Source: an uncultured Bacilli bacterium
GTDB taxonomy: Bacteria; Bacillota_I; Bacilli_A; RF39; UBA660
DNA: 64,000 nucleotides
Direction of reading: 5' to 3'
Assembly: GCA_934101625.1 (NCBI GenBank)
Contig: CAKORV010000001.1
Span: forward strand, 66,121 to 130,120
The notes below the pieces were generated by a model, which saw only the letters and a list, made by a program, of their open reading frames with translations, did no database searches and was not told the DNA's origin. Both the position numbers and the translations under genes were made by a program. Positions 48,505-57,937 of this stretch are shown here, in pieces (positions within the stretch are counted from its first letter, which is position 1; each line of letters begins with the position of its first letter).

Positions 48505-48530
48505 AAAGAGTGAATTTGATTTCACTCTTT
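48505..48530. terminator. bidirectional terminator between convergent genes
   Basis: 10-bp stem AAAGAGTGAA / TTCACTCTTT with 6-nt loop, flanked by an A-rich run and a T-rich run. Confidence 0.8.
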
Positions 48531-50110
48531 TATTCTTCTATTAAATCTTTAACTTTAGACTTATAATCATTTAACTTATCTTCTAATTCTACATTCTTAT
48601 CTTTTAAATCTTCAATCTCTTCTTCATATTTAGAAATAGTATCATTTAATATACTTTGATTATTATTTAAGTCATTTAATTCATTATAACAACCACTTAA
48701 TTCTTCATCTCTATTTATCTGATTTAATTCTTGATAATATCTACTAGAATTATCTTTTAATTTATTTATATTTTCTTCATTACCTCTTACAACTATATAA
48801 GCTGTATATAAATTATTATAGTTATAAATCTCTTTATCTTTTAAATTATCTAACACTATATTAATAATCTTATTACTAGGATTAATTCTATTACTAAAGT
48901 CTATAAACTTATAATTACTTAAACTATATTCATTAATATTTAAAGTACTAAATTCATTATAATAAGTAGTATCTACAACTATCTTATCACTTAAACTATT
49001 ATCAACTACAAACTTAACATCAGTTCTATTAAAATAATAATCTTCTATAATATGATTGCCATAAGAACCAATTAATAAATTATCACTCATATCATATTCA
49101 TAACTCTTATTAACATACTCTAAATTAGTTTTAGGTTCTTTATCAACATATTTAGTATCAATTACTTCAGTAACACATAATCCAATACCAATACCTGTTA
49201 ATAATAATCCACTTATAAACATAATAAACATCTTTTTAAAACTAATTTTATGATTAAATAAGAAAGCACTAACAAGTAATATAATAAATCCATTAAGAAC
49301 TAAACCACCTATACCTACAAAAGTAAATCCAAAATATAGAATACCTTTAAATAATAAATATAACATAATAAATAAATATATAGCTAAGAATATAAAACTA
49401 AATAAGAAAGGTAAACTTATTAATACTAAGAAAAACTTTAATGTTAACATTAATATCTTACCTAAAGTCTTAAATACTGGAGAACTATTAGTTTCTTTAT
49501 AAACATAACTCTTAGGCTCTTCTCTAATAATAGTTTCTTCTTTATTACTATCTTCTTTAATACTTTCTTTTACTTCAAACTTATCTAAATAATTAGTCTT
49601 ATAAATATATAAGTATGAAAATATAAAGAAAGCCAAATATAAAATATTTATTAAGAATTCCCAAATAGTAGTTATAAATCTTAAACTAGGATAATCATAG
49701 AATATATTATCTGCTAAATTTATTAAATATTCAAATGGTAACCTAAGTGCTAACAATATCATAAAGATAACAAATAATTCAAATATTATTTTAAATCTTT
49801 CTCTACCTTTAATATTCTTAAACATAGTAACACTTTTATTCATTATATAAGTTATATCATCTATAAAAGAATTAATAGTATTTTTACTCTTCTTATTAAC
49901 ATCACTATAATTAATAGAATCATTAGTTAGATCATCTAAAGTAACATTAAATATCTTACAAAGAGTTAATAGTTTATCCATCTCTGGATAAGTTTGACCA
50001 CTTTCCCATTTGGAAACTGATTGCCTTGAGACATCTAATTTATCAGCAAGGGCTTCTTGACTTAGATTATTTTCTTTTCTAAGTTTTGTTAGTTTTTCAC
50101 TAAACTTCAT
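48530..50110 (-). CDS. membrane-embedded XRE-family HTH regulator with C-terminal coiled coil
   Basis: HTH LTKLRKENNLSQEALADKLDVSRQSVSKWESGQTYP, about 6 TMs, an extracytoplasmic region and a coiled-coil tail. Start MKFSEK after GAGGTG. Confidence 0.7.
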   Translation of the reverse strand: MKFSEKLTKLRKENNLSQEALADKLDVSRQSVSKWESGQTYPEMDKLLTLCKIFNVTLDDLTNDSINYSDVNKKSKNTINSFIDDITYIMNKSVTMFKNIKGRERFKIIFELFVIFMILLALRLPFEYLINLADNIFYDYPSLRFITTIWEFLINILYLAFFIFSYLYIYKTNYLDKFEVKESIKEDSNKEETIIREEPKSYVYKETNSSPVFKTLGKILMLTLKFFLVLISLPFLFSFIFLAIYLFIMLYLLFKGILYFGFTFVGIGGLVLNGFIILLVSAFLFNHKISFKKMFIMFISGLLLTGIGIGLCVTEVIDTKYVDKEPKTNLEYVNKSYEYDMSDNLLIGSYGNHIIEDYYFNRTDVKFVVDNSLSDKIVVDTTYYNEFSTLNINEYSLSNYKFIDFSNRINPSNKIINIVLDNLKDKEIYNYNNLYTAYIVVRGNEENINKLKDNSSRYYQELNQINRDEELSGCYNELNDLNNNQSILNDTISKYEEEIEDLKDKNVELEDKLNDYKSKVKDLIEE

Positions 50111-50244
50111 TTTCTTCACCTCGCATACATAATACAATAAAACCCAGTTGCATAAAACCAATATTAAGTTGTTTTTATGTTAATTCTTGGTTGCATCACT
50201 TATATTATATCAAATAAATTAATATTATTAAATAAGAGGTGCTT

Positions 50245-50907
50245 ATGGAAATAATAAATAATAATACTGTTGTAGTATTTACAAGTGAATAATTAAAAAG
50301 TGTATTAGAAAGTGATAATACTTATACATATATCTATATAGGTAATAATATAACTTTAACATTAGAAGAAAACTCTACATTTAATATAAAAACATATAAT
50401 GGAATAAGTTATGGAACATTTGGTACTAGTAACACCACTTTAAATGAAGGTTCATCTCTAACAATTAAAAAAACTAACTACAGTGGTGGTTATGCAACAT
50501 GGTATAGTTATGGTAAAATAAATCTATTAGAAAACTCATCATTAGAAATAATAAATGACTACACTGGATTAACAACATCAAATTATAATATATACTTTGC
50601 CAATACAAGTAGTGGTTTATACATAAATAACCCTAAAAAAGTAGTACTATATAATAAAGGAGGTAATATAGTATATACATCTAATAGTATTCCATTTGAA
50701 CTAACATATAATAGACTAAATCTATTTACTAATCCTATTGATATAACTAGTAATATAAGTGAATCTACATTACCAACATATTCCTGGTATAAAAATAATC
50801 TAAGTATAGTTAAAGGAACATTCACCAATACTTTAACAACTATAACTGAAAACAACTATACAGAAGAAGAACTAACTAATTTACCTGATTCACTATCATA
50901 TGTATAA
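50245..50907 (+). pseudogene. surface beta-helix/adhesin-like gene interrupted by an in-frame TAA (50290-50292)
   Basis: The frame from ATG 50245 reads MEIINNNTVVVFTSE*LKSVLESDNTYTYIYIGNNITL... and stays open for another 204 codons to TAA at 50905-50907. There is no ATG after the stop, so it is missing from the ORF track. Confidence 0.6.
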
Positions 50908-50909
50908 GT

Positions 50910-51212
50910 TTAGCTAGTTACTCCATCAATAGTCACAGAATTATCAACAAATTCAATTAAATTAATATCTAACATATCAGTAATAATTGGTGTTGTATAA
51001 GTATTTTGTGATTTATTATCAACAATTATAGTATAAGTTAAAATTCCATCAGTCCAAATAGGCTTATCAGCAGTTTTAGTAACAGTTAACCCAGTTATCA
51101 TAGTAACTAATGTAACATCAGAATTAATTGAAGTAGGAATACTATTATAATTACCAAGTACACTAACAGTAAAGTTCAGTTTCCACTTTATCACCCATAA
51201 TATTATATACAT
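50910..51212 (-). pseudogene. fragment of a DUF11-type repeat surface protein
   Basis: LTVTKTADKPIWTDGILTYTIIVDNKSQNTYTTPIITDML..FVDNSVTIDG resembles one DUF11 repeat. No signal peptide or anchor. Its end lies 2 nt from the end of the convergent pseudogene. Confidence 0.5.
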
Positions 51213-51244
51213 TATTTTAATTGATGTAACTTTTCTCTAATTAA

Positions 51245-51273
51245 TTTACAACGTAAAACTATCATGCTATAAT
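51245..51273 (+). promoter_or_regulatory. near-consensus promoter (TTTACA, 17 nt, TGcTATAAT)
   Basis: TTTACA 51245-51250, 17-nt spacer, TG at 51265-51266, TATAAT 51268-51273. AGGAGG at 51287-51292 precedes the ATG at 51299. Confidence 0.65.
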
Positions 51274-51298
51274 ACATTTTGAATTCAGGAGGACTATT

Positions 51299-53884
51299 AT
51301 GGAAAACAATAATGAACAAATAGACTTAAAAGACATCAAACTATATAAATCAAAAAAGTTAATAAATACTTTAAAAAAATTAACAGATGAACAAATAGAT
51401 ATTTTAGTAGATTCAAGTGTAATAGAATTTATTTCAAGTTTAGGTAACAATTCTATTAATTCAATTTTTAGAAATTCAAGTGTTACTATGCAAAATAAAT
51501 TGTGGACTAATGATAAAATCCAAAGAATATTAATTTTAGGAACTTTAAACTTAAACAAATCTGTATGTACTGAACATACAATAAGGAATCTTCAAAATTT
51601 AAATAAAGTTACAAAATCTCAAAGTATAAAAGAACAACTATACAATAATAAATACTTTATATATGTAGTCATTAATAGTAGTAAAATTGAAAATAGATTT
51701 TTTAATATATATGATTTAAGAAAAACCTTTGATGGAATAATGAAAAGTGACGAATTTAACTTATTACCAAGTGATAAACAATTAAAAATAGTAGAAAGGT
51801 TAAATGCTTATACTAAAGATATACTTCTACCAAATGATTTCAGGAAAAGATTTAGTAATATAGAAAGAATCTTATATGATAGAGATAGAACTAAAATTGA
51901 TAAAAATATAATTGAACAATTGAATTTTGAAGAGTTATTATTTCTAGATTATATTAATTATAGTACAGAAAATAATAAAGCCTTAAGAAAATATATATTA
52001 GATAGTGTAGGATTAAATGGTAAATCATTTGAAGAATTTTTTACCGAAATAAAACATAAAAATAAATTAATTGTAGAAAAAATAGAAAAACAATTTCATC
52101 ATTCATTTTATTGTCCTATTAGTTTAGAAGAAAAAATATATCATATTTTACTAAAAGAAAATCAAAGTGATTTAATTAAAGAAAAACTTTTAAAATATTT
52201 AATACGCCAAATATTAAATGATAGTACTGTTAATCCAGAGATGATGTATAATACATTAAAAAGAAATCTAAATAATGATTTATTAAGTTATAAAGATATA
52301 AAAAGTCTAATTAACAATTATGATGCAGAAACAAAGGAATTAAAGTTAATATTTTATCTGAAATTTAATATTGCTTTATCAAATGCTGAATATCTTTATG
52401 GTATAACAGAAGAACAATTATCCAAAGTAAATGTTAAACACATAAATAAACTAAAGAAATTTTTAGAAGATAAAACTCAAGATGAATTATCCTTAACTTA
52501 TGGTTTATCTATTAAAATGTACTTTATATTTGGTTATGAAAGAAGTTTAGAAATATTAAGCGGAAAATACGGAGAATATAATAGAAAATTTTTAGATAAT
52601 GTTGCAAAAACAGATGTAACAAAAATACAAATGAAATCTGAAGGAAATAAATATTTACCTAATATAGATAAAAGATTTATTAATTTTATGTTTGAATCAC
52701 CTAAGAATAATCATTTTATCAATATGCTTAATGACAAAAATTCTGAATTATATAAAATGTGGTATTATTTATATAATAATTATGATGAAATATTAGAAAA
52801 AAGTCATAATGTAATTACCTTAAAGAAAGTAAATTCAATATTAGTAACAGAAAAATATAATGTAGATAGGAATATAATTACTCCAGCTAACTATTTATTG
52901 AATGATAATAGTTTTCTAGAAAACATTATATTAGGAAACAAAACCCCTTATACTAATAATGATGTATTAAAAAAGATAGTGGAAATATATTCACAAATGA
53001 AGAAAAGAGTTGAATCAAGTATTCCATATGTAAAAGGAGTTTCAAGAGATGGCTATACATATGAAATGATGAAGTTTGATGATCCACAAGTCTTTGAATT
53101 AGGTTATAAAGCCAACTGTTGTATAAGAACACTAGACATAGCGCACAACCATTTATTACATGCAACACTTTGTAGAAATGGTAGAATATTAATTATATAT
53201 GATAAATTAGGAGATGTAACTGCATTTTCTCCATTAAAAAGAAATGGTAATGTTTTAATAGCGAATAGTATTGAATGTGTGGATAAAGATCTAAATGTCA
53301 AAGGTCATTCAATAGCGAATGCATTTAAAGAAGGAATAGAAAAAATAGTGGAAATTACTAAACGAAGTAATGAGCCAATCAACCTGGTCTGTATTGGTAA
53401 TGAATCACACTTAAAACCAAAAACAACTCATTTTCCAAAAAAATACCCAACTCCAACTATATTTGAAAAAAATGATAAAATATATGGTGGGACAGATAAT
53501 TATCATAAAACTTTAGATATTGTATATAAAGATGAAAACTTTGACCTTGAAAATATTGAGTCAAAAAATCCTAACATTTCATATATGGATCCTAGAGATG
53601 AAATAAAATTTGGTGATTTTTCCACAAGAAGATATGAAAACAATAATGAAAATATAATTAATATAATAAACTCTATAAATTATTCAATTAATCCTACAAA
53701 CTACACACCAATAAGTATATATTCTATAAAAAAAGTTTATTATTCTAAAGATTGGTATATAGCTGAAACTTACCAAGGATTAAAAGGTGAATGCTTAGAA
53801 AATGATTACAGAGCTAAAGAAGAATTTAATGATTATATGAAAATGTTAAATAAAGATGAACAACAAAAAACATTAAAAAAGTAA
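51299..53884 (+). CDS. large (861 aa) cytoplasmic protein of unknown function
   Basis: Long uninterrupted ORF with a strong promoter and RBS. No TM or signal peptide. Cys/His cluster YKANCCIRTLDIAHNHLLHATLCRNG near residue 600. Confidence 0.6.
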   Translation: MENNNEQIDLKDIKLYKSKKLINTLKKLTDEQIDILVDSSVIEFISSLGNNSINSIFRNSSVTMQNKLWTNDKIQRILILGTLNLNKSVCTEHTIRNLQNLNKVTKSQSIKEQLYNNKYFIYVVINSSKIENRFFNIYDLRKTFDGIMKSDEFNLLPSDKQLKIVERLNAYTKDILLPNDFRKRFSNIERILYDRDRTKIDKNIIEQLNFEELLFLDYINYSTENNKALRKYILDSVGLNGKSFEEFFTEIKHKNKLIVEKIEKQFHHSFYCPISLEEKIYHILLKENQSDLIKEKLLKYLIRQILNDSTVNPEMMYNTLKRNLNNDLLSYKDIKSLINNYDAETKELKLIFYLKFNIALSNAEYLYGITEEQLSKVNVKHINKLKKFLEDKTQDELSLTYGLSIKMYFIFGYERSLEILSGKYGEYNRKFLDNVAKTDVTKIQMKSEGNKYLPNIDKRFINFMFESPKNNHFINMLNDKNSELYKMWYYLYNNYDEILEKSHNVITLKKVNSILVTEKYNVDRNIITPANYLLNDNSFLENIILGNKTPYTNNDVLKKIVEIYSQMKKRVESSIPYVKGVSRDGYTYEMMKFDDPQVFELGYKANCCIRTLDIAHNHLLHATLCRNGRILIIYDKLGDVTAFSPLKRNGNVLIANSIECVDKDLNVKGHSIANAFKEGIEKIVEITKRSNEPINLVCIGNESHLKPKTTHFPKKYPTPTIFEKNDKIYGGTDNYHKTLDIVYKDENFDLENIESKNPNISYMDPRDEIKFGDFSTRRYENNNENIINIINSINYSINPTNYTPISIYSIKKVYYSKDWYIAETYQGLKGECLENDYRAKEEFNDYMKMLNKDEQQKTLKK

Positions 53885-53893
53885 ACAAATATA

Positions 53894-53924
53894 AAGACCA
53901 GTACTAATAATAGTATTGGTCTTA
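53894..53924 (+). terminator. rho-independent terminator
   Basis: AAGACCAGTAC / GTATTGGTCTT stem (one G-U pair), then a T-rich run. Confidence 0.65.
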
Positions 53925-53992
53925 TCTTTTTAATTGACTTATCTAAAATTTTGTTGTATTATTTTATTGTTGAATAGTCAACAGGTGATTAT

Positions 53993-54403
53993 ATGTGGGA
54001 AGATAATTTTGTTATTTTATTTAGTTCTATAAAAAAGAAAATGTATAAATTATTAAATAATAAACTAAAAGATTATAATTTATCTATAATTGAAGCAATA
54101 TACTTAATTATACTATATGATGAAAAAAGTCTTACATTTAAAGAATTAACAACTAAAGCAGACTGTGATAAAGGTATGACTACTAAAGTTTTAGTTAAAC
54201 TAAAAATGATGGGATATGTAACATATAATATAAAAAATATTGAAATTACAGATAAAGGTAAAATTACAGGAACTAAAATAAAAAATATATTAAAAGAATT
54301 AAGAAATAATTTAAATAAGAAGATAGGCGAAAAAGAGTTAAAAAATATTTATAATGAATTAAGTAATTTTAATAATATACTGGAGGGAGAATTAAAATGT
54401 TAG
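53993..54403 (+). CDS. MarR-family transcriptional regulator
   Basis: Winged-helix-like LSIIEAIYLIILYDEKSLTFKELTTKADCDKGMTTKVLVKLKMMGYV. The imperfect palindrome GTTGAATAGTCAAC lies just upstream. Confidence 0.6.
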   Translation: MWEDNFVILFSSIKKKMYKLLNNKLKDYNLSIIEAIYLIILYDEKSLTFKELTTKADCDKGMTTKVLVKLKMMGYVTYNIKNIEITDKGKITGTKIKNILKELRNNLNKKIGEKELKNIYNELSNFNNILEGELKC

Positions 54404-56742
54404 AATTAAAAAACATTAAGAAAAGTTATAAAACTGGTGAATTTACACAACATGCTCTTAAAGGAGTAAGTTTAGTTTTTGATAATAATGAATTCGTTTC
54501 TATATTAGGTGCATCAGGTAGTGGTAAAACAACTCTTTTAAATATAATTGGTGGGCTTGATAGATATGATTCAGGAGACTTAATTATAAATAATAAAAGT
54601 ACTAAGAAATTTAATGATGTATTATGGGATGCATATAGAAATAATTGTGTAGGGTTTATTTTTCAAAGTTATAACTTAATCGGGCACTTATCAGTATTAG
54701 AAAATGTAATGATGAGTTTGACACTAAGTGGAGTAACATCTAAAAATAAAAAAGAGAAGGCTTTAAAAGCACTAGAAAGGGTAGGGCTTAAAGACCATGC
54801 ATATAAAAAACCTAATCAACTAAGTGGTGGACAAATGCAAAGAGTCGCTATCGCAAGAGCAATAGTAAATGATCCAAAAGTCATTCTAGCAGATGAACCA
54901 ACTGGAGCCTTAGACACAAAAACTAGTATTCAAGTAATGGATTTAATAAAAGAAATAAGTAAAGAAAAACTAGTTATAATGGTTACACATAATCCAGAAC
55001 TTGCTAAAAAATATGCTACAAGAATAATTGAATTAAAAGATGGAGAAGTAATAAAAGATACAAGACCACTTGAATCTGGGACTAATAAAAATGAACTTAA
55101 AATAAAGAAAACTAAAATGAGTTTTATAACAGCACTTAAATTAAGTTTTAATAATATAAAAACTAAAAAAGGAAGAACGTTCCTAACAGCATTTGCTAGT
55201 TCTATAGGAATTATTGGTATAAGTATAATATTAGCTTTATCTAACGGATTTGATAAACAAGTAGATAAATATGAAAAAAACACATTTAGTAATTTTCCAA
55301 TAACAATTAGTAAAAACACTGTAGCAATGGATGACAAGCAAATGGAAACCTTAATGGGTACAATGATGCCTGGAGAAGGGGACTATCCAAAAGATAAAGT
55401 TATATTCCCATTTGATTTAGATAGTTATAATGTAATGCATACAAATAATATAAGTGAAGAGTTTGTTAACTATGTGGAAAGTATAGATGATAATTTAATA
55501 AGTGGTATTACATATACAAGAGCTACATCCCTTAATTTACTGGTAAAAAATGATGAAGTTAAAAGTGTGTCAACTAGTGATTTAAGTATGGGAGTTATAC
55601 CAAAAGAATTAGATACAGAAGACTTTATGGAAGAAGCTTTTGACTTACTAGAAGGAACATATCCTAAAGAAATAACAGATCTAGTACTTGTAGTAGATAA
55701 TAAAAATAGAGTAGATACTAAAATATTAAAAAATCTAAATATTGATTATGATAAAGATAAAATAGATTTTAGTGAAATTATAGGTAAAGAAATTAAATTA
55801 GTATTTAATAATGATTACTATAAATCATATATGGGTATGTATATTCCAAATAATGATTATGATGAAATGTATGAAAGTGAAAATAATTTAACATTAAAAA
55901 TAGTAGGTATAGTAAGAGGAAAAGAAGATAACTACTTAGGTCAAATAGCAACCTCTGTAAGTAGTTTAAGTAACATGACAAGTACTGAAAGTATGATGAG
56001 TACTACTAATATAGGAAGTTTACTTTATAAAAATGATTTAGTAGAAAAAGTAATAAGTGTTAATAGTGAAAGTGACATAGTAAAAAAACAATTAGATTCT
56101 GATAGAAATATAATGACTGGAGAAACATTGACAGAAGAAGATAAATCAAACATGTTATTATATCTAGGTAGTGAAGATAAACCTATGCTTATAAGTATTT
56201 ATCCAAAAGATTTTGCTAGTAAAGATAAAATAGTAGAATACTTAGATGAATATAATAAAGATAAAACAGAAGAAGATAAAATTGTATACAATGACTTAGC
56301 ATCAAACTTTGTAACATTTGGTTCTAAAATAATGGACGCGATTACAATAGTTTTAATAGCGTTTAGTTCAGTTAGTTTAATAGTAAGTTCTATAATGATA
56401 GGTATAATAACTTATATAAGTGTATTAGAAAGAACTAAAGAAATAGGTATATTAAGAAGTCTAGGAGCTAGAAAGAAAGATATAAGTCGTGTATTTAATG
56501 CAGAAACTTTAATAGTAGGTATACTTAGTGGATTAATAGGAATACTAATCGCAAGACTACTAATATTCCCAATAAATAGTTTATTATTGGATTTAACTGG
56601 TCTAAAGAATGTAGCTATTTTAAATCCATTACATGCATTAATGTTAATTGTAATAAGTACAGTTTTAACTCTTATTGGAGGAGCTATTCCATCTCATATA
56701 GCTAGTAAAAAAGATCCAGTAATTGCTTTAAGAACTGAATAA
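54397..56742 (+). CDS. fused ABC ATPase/FtsX-type permease (MacB-like efflux transporter)
   Basis: Walker A GASGSGKTT, LSGGQMQRVAIARA, ILADEPTGALD. C-terminal FtsX-like four-TM domain with a large periplasmic-type loop. Confidence 0.85.
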   Translation: MLELKNIKKSYKTGEFTQHALKGVSLVFDNNEFVSILGASGSGKTTLLNIIGGLDRYDSGDLIINNKSTKKFNDVLWDAYRNNCVGFIFQSYNLIGHLSVLENVMMSLTLSGVTSKNKKEKALKALERVGLKDHAYKKPNQLSGGQMQRVAIARAIVNDPKVILADEPTGALDTKTSIQVMDLIKEISKEKLVIMVTHNPELAKKYATRIIELKDGEVIKDTRPLESGTNKNELKIKKTKMSFITALKLSFNNIKTKKGRTFLTAFASSIGIIGISIILALSNGFDKQVDKYEKNTFSNFPITISKNTVAMDDKQMETLMGTMMPGEGDYPKDKVIFPFDLDSYNVMHTNNISEEFVNYVESIDDNLISGITYTRATSLNLLVKNDEVKSVSTSDLSMGVIPKELDTEDFMEEAFDLLEGTYPKEITDLVLVVDNKNRVDTKILKNLNIDYDKDKIDFSEIIGKEIKLVFNNDYYKSYMGMYIPNNDYDEMYESENNLTLKIVGIVRGKEDNYLGQIATSVSSLSNMTSTESMMSTTNIGSLLYKNDLVEKVISVNSESDIVKKQLDSDRNIMTGETLTEEDKSNMLLYLGSEDKPMLISIYPKDFASKDKIVEYLDEYNKDKTEEDKIVYNDLASNFVTFGSKIMDAITIVLIAFSSVSLIVSSIMIGIITYISVLERTKEIGILRSLGARKKDISRVFNAETLIVGILSGLIGILIARLLIFPINSLLLDLTGLKNVAILNPLHALMLIVISTVLTLIGGAIPSHIASKKDPVIALRTE

Positions 56743-56764
56743 TAAAAAAGAAAGTTGGTTTAAT

Positions 56765-57406
56765 ATGTATAATATATTTGTTTTAATGGCATTATTTTTA
56801 GTTTATTCATTCGTAGGATGGGTTATGGAAACATGTTATTGTTGGATATGTACTAAAAAATTTGTCAATCGAGGATTTTTAATCGGACCAGTAGTACCTA
56901 TATATGGAACTGGTGGAGTACTTGTTTATGTATTACTTAAAAGATATTTAGATATGCCTTTAGTTTTATTTATAATGTCTATAATAATATGTAGTTTACT
57001 TGAATATTTTACAAGTTACTATATGGAAAAGTTATTTAAAACTAGATGGTGGGATTATTCAAATAGAAAATTTAATATAAATGGAAGAGTATGTTTATTT
57101 AATATGATATGCTTTGGTATATTAAGTTTAGTTATAATGTATGGAGTTAATCCATTCTTACTAGATACTATTCATAAAATAGATCCTATGGTATTAAAAA
57201 CAGTAGTTTCAATTCTTATGACAATATTCTTAATAGATTTAGGTATATCTACAAAGATTATTTATAACTTTAAAGGAATAAGTAAGAATGTATTAACAGA
57301 CGCTACTGAAGAAGTTAATAAGAAAGTTAAAGAAGTAATACTTAGTAAAGGTGTACTGCTTAGAAGAATTGCTCAGAGTTATCCTAACTTTAAAATTAGA
57401 AGGTAA
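56765..57406 (+). CDS. CmpB/DUF1113-family membrane protein (putative ABC-transporter type IV)
   Basis: VYSFVGWVMETCY...NRGFLIGPVVPIYGTGG motif. Confidence 0.6.
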   Translation: MYNIFVLMALFLVYSFVGWVMETCYCWICTKKFVNRGFLIGPVVPIYGTGGVLVYVLLKRYLDMPLVLFIMSIIICSLLEYFTSYYMEKLFKTRWWDYSNRKFNINGRVCLFNMICFGILSLVIMYGVNPFLLDTIHKIDPMVLKTVVSILMTIFLIDLGISTKIIYNFKGISKNVLTDATEEVNKKVKEVILSKGVLLRRIAQSYPNFKIRR

Positions 57407-57421
57407 ATTAAAAGATTCAGT

Positions 57422-57937
57422 TCATTCACAAACTGGATCTTTTTCTAATTCTTTTATTAAATTATTTATATCTTCTTCAGGTATTCTTGTTTTAGAATTC
57501 AACTTTAATAAATCACATGCTTTTATTGCTCTCCTACTCGTAATAATATTTTTTTCACACATTAATTTAATTATCTTCAATGTTCTTATCACTTCCACAC
57601 CATTATTTTCAGAATAAATTTTTAATCTATTATCTCCAGTAGCCAAGATCAAATTGTTATCTTTTGCTATAATATAGTTTAATAAGTCAAAAGTAGATAA
57701 TTTCTTTTCTACATGTGATAACCTAATCATTTTAACCAATTGATTAGATGTAACATTTATTGTTTTAAAATCTTTTATTAAATTAAGATTACATGTTTTG
57801 GTATTTATTTCATCATTTTTAAGTATATCACTTATATATACATTATCTAAACTCACAAATTCTTTTAATATATTTGCATTATTTAAATCTGTAATAATAT
57901 TAGTATCAGTAATTATTATCTTCTTTGTTATATTCAT
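57422..57937 (-). CDS. PIN-like domain protein (DUF3368/DUF4411-like), putative nuclease partner
   Basis: IIITDTNIITDL (first acidic PIN motif) and ILATGDNRLK (T-x-D motif). Overlaps the upstream XRE-ImmA gene by about 30 nt. Confidence 0.55.
   Translation of the reverse strand: MNITKKIIITDTNIITDLNNANILKEFVSLDNVYISDILKNDEINTKTCNLNLIKDFKTINVTSNQLVKMIRLSHVEKKLSTFDLLNYIIAKDNNLILATGDNRLKIYSENNGVEVIRTLKIIKLMCEKNIITSRRAIKACDLLKLNSKTRIPEEDINNLIKELEKDPVCE

Noticed and set aside
50290-50292. In-frame TAA as possible stop-codon reassignment or programmed read-through
   Set aside because: TAA is used as an ordinary terminator by many well-supported genes in the window. The gene also lacks its C-terminal anchor, so pseudogenisation is the simpler explanation.
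45339-53900. Possible tRNA-Cys-anchored genomic island
   Set aside because: The region downstream of the tRNA looks accessory (variable surface protein, pseudogenes, orphan gene). But I found no integrase or recombinase and, by eye, no direct repeat of the tRNA 3-prime end (such as CCGACCGGAACC) that would mark an att site.
48433-53900. Search for the DGR partner elements (template repeat, reverse transcriptase, Avd) near the candidate variable region
   Set aside because: No second GC-rich or near-repeat copy of the patch, and no RT-like ORF, was seen anywhere in the 64 kb. The DGR call therefore stays a hypothesis and is not annotated as a retroelement.
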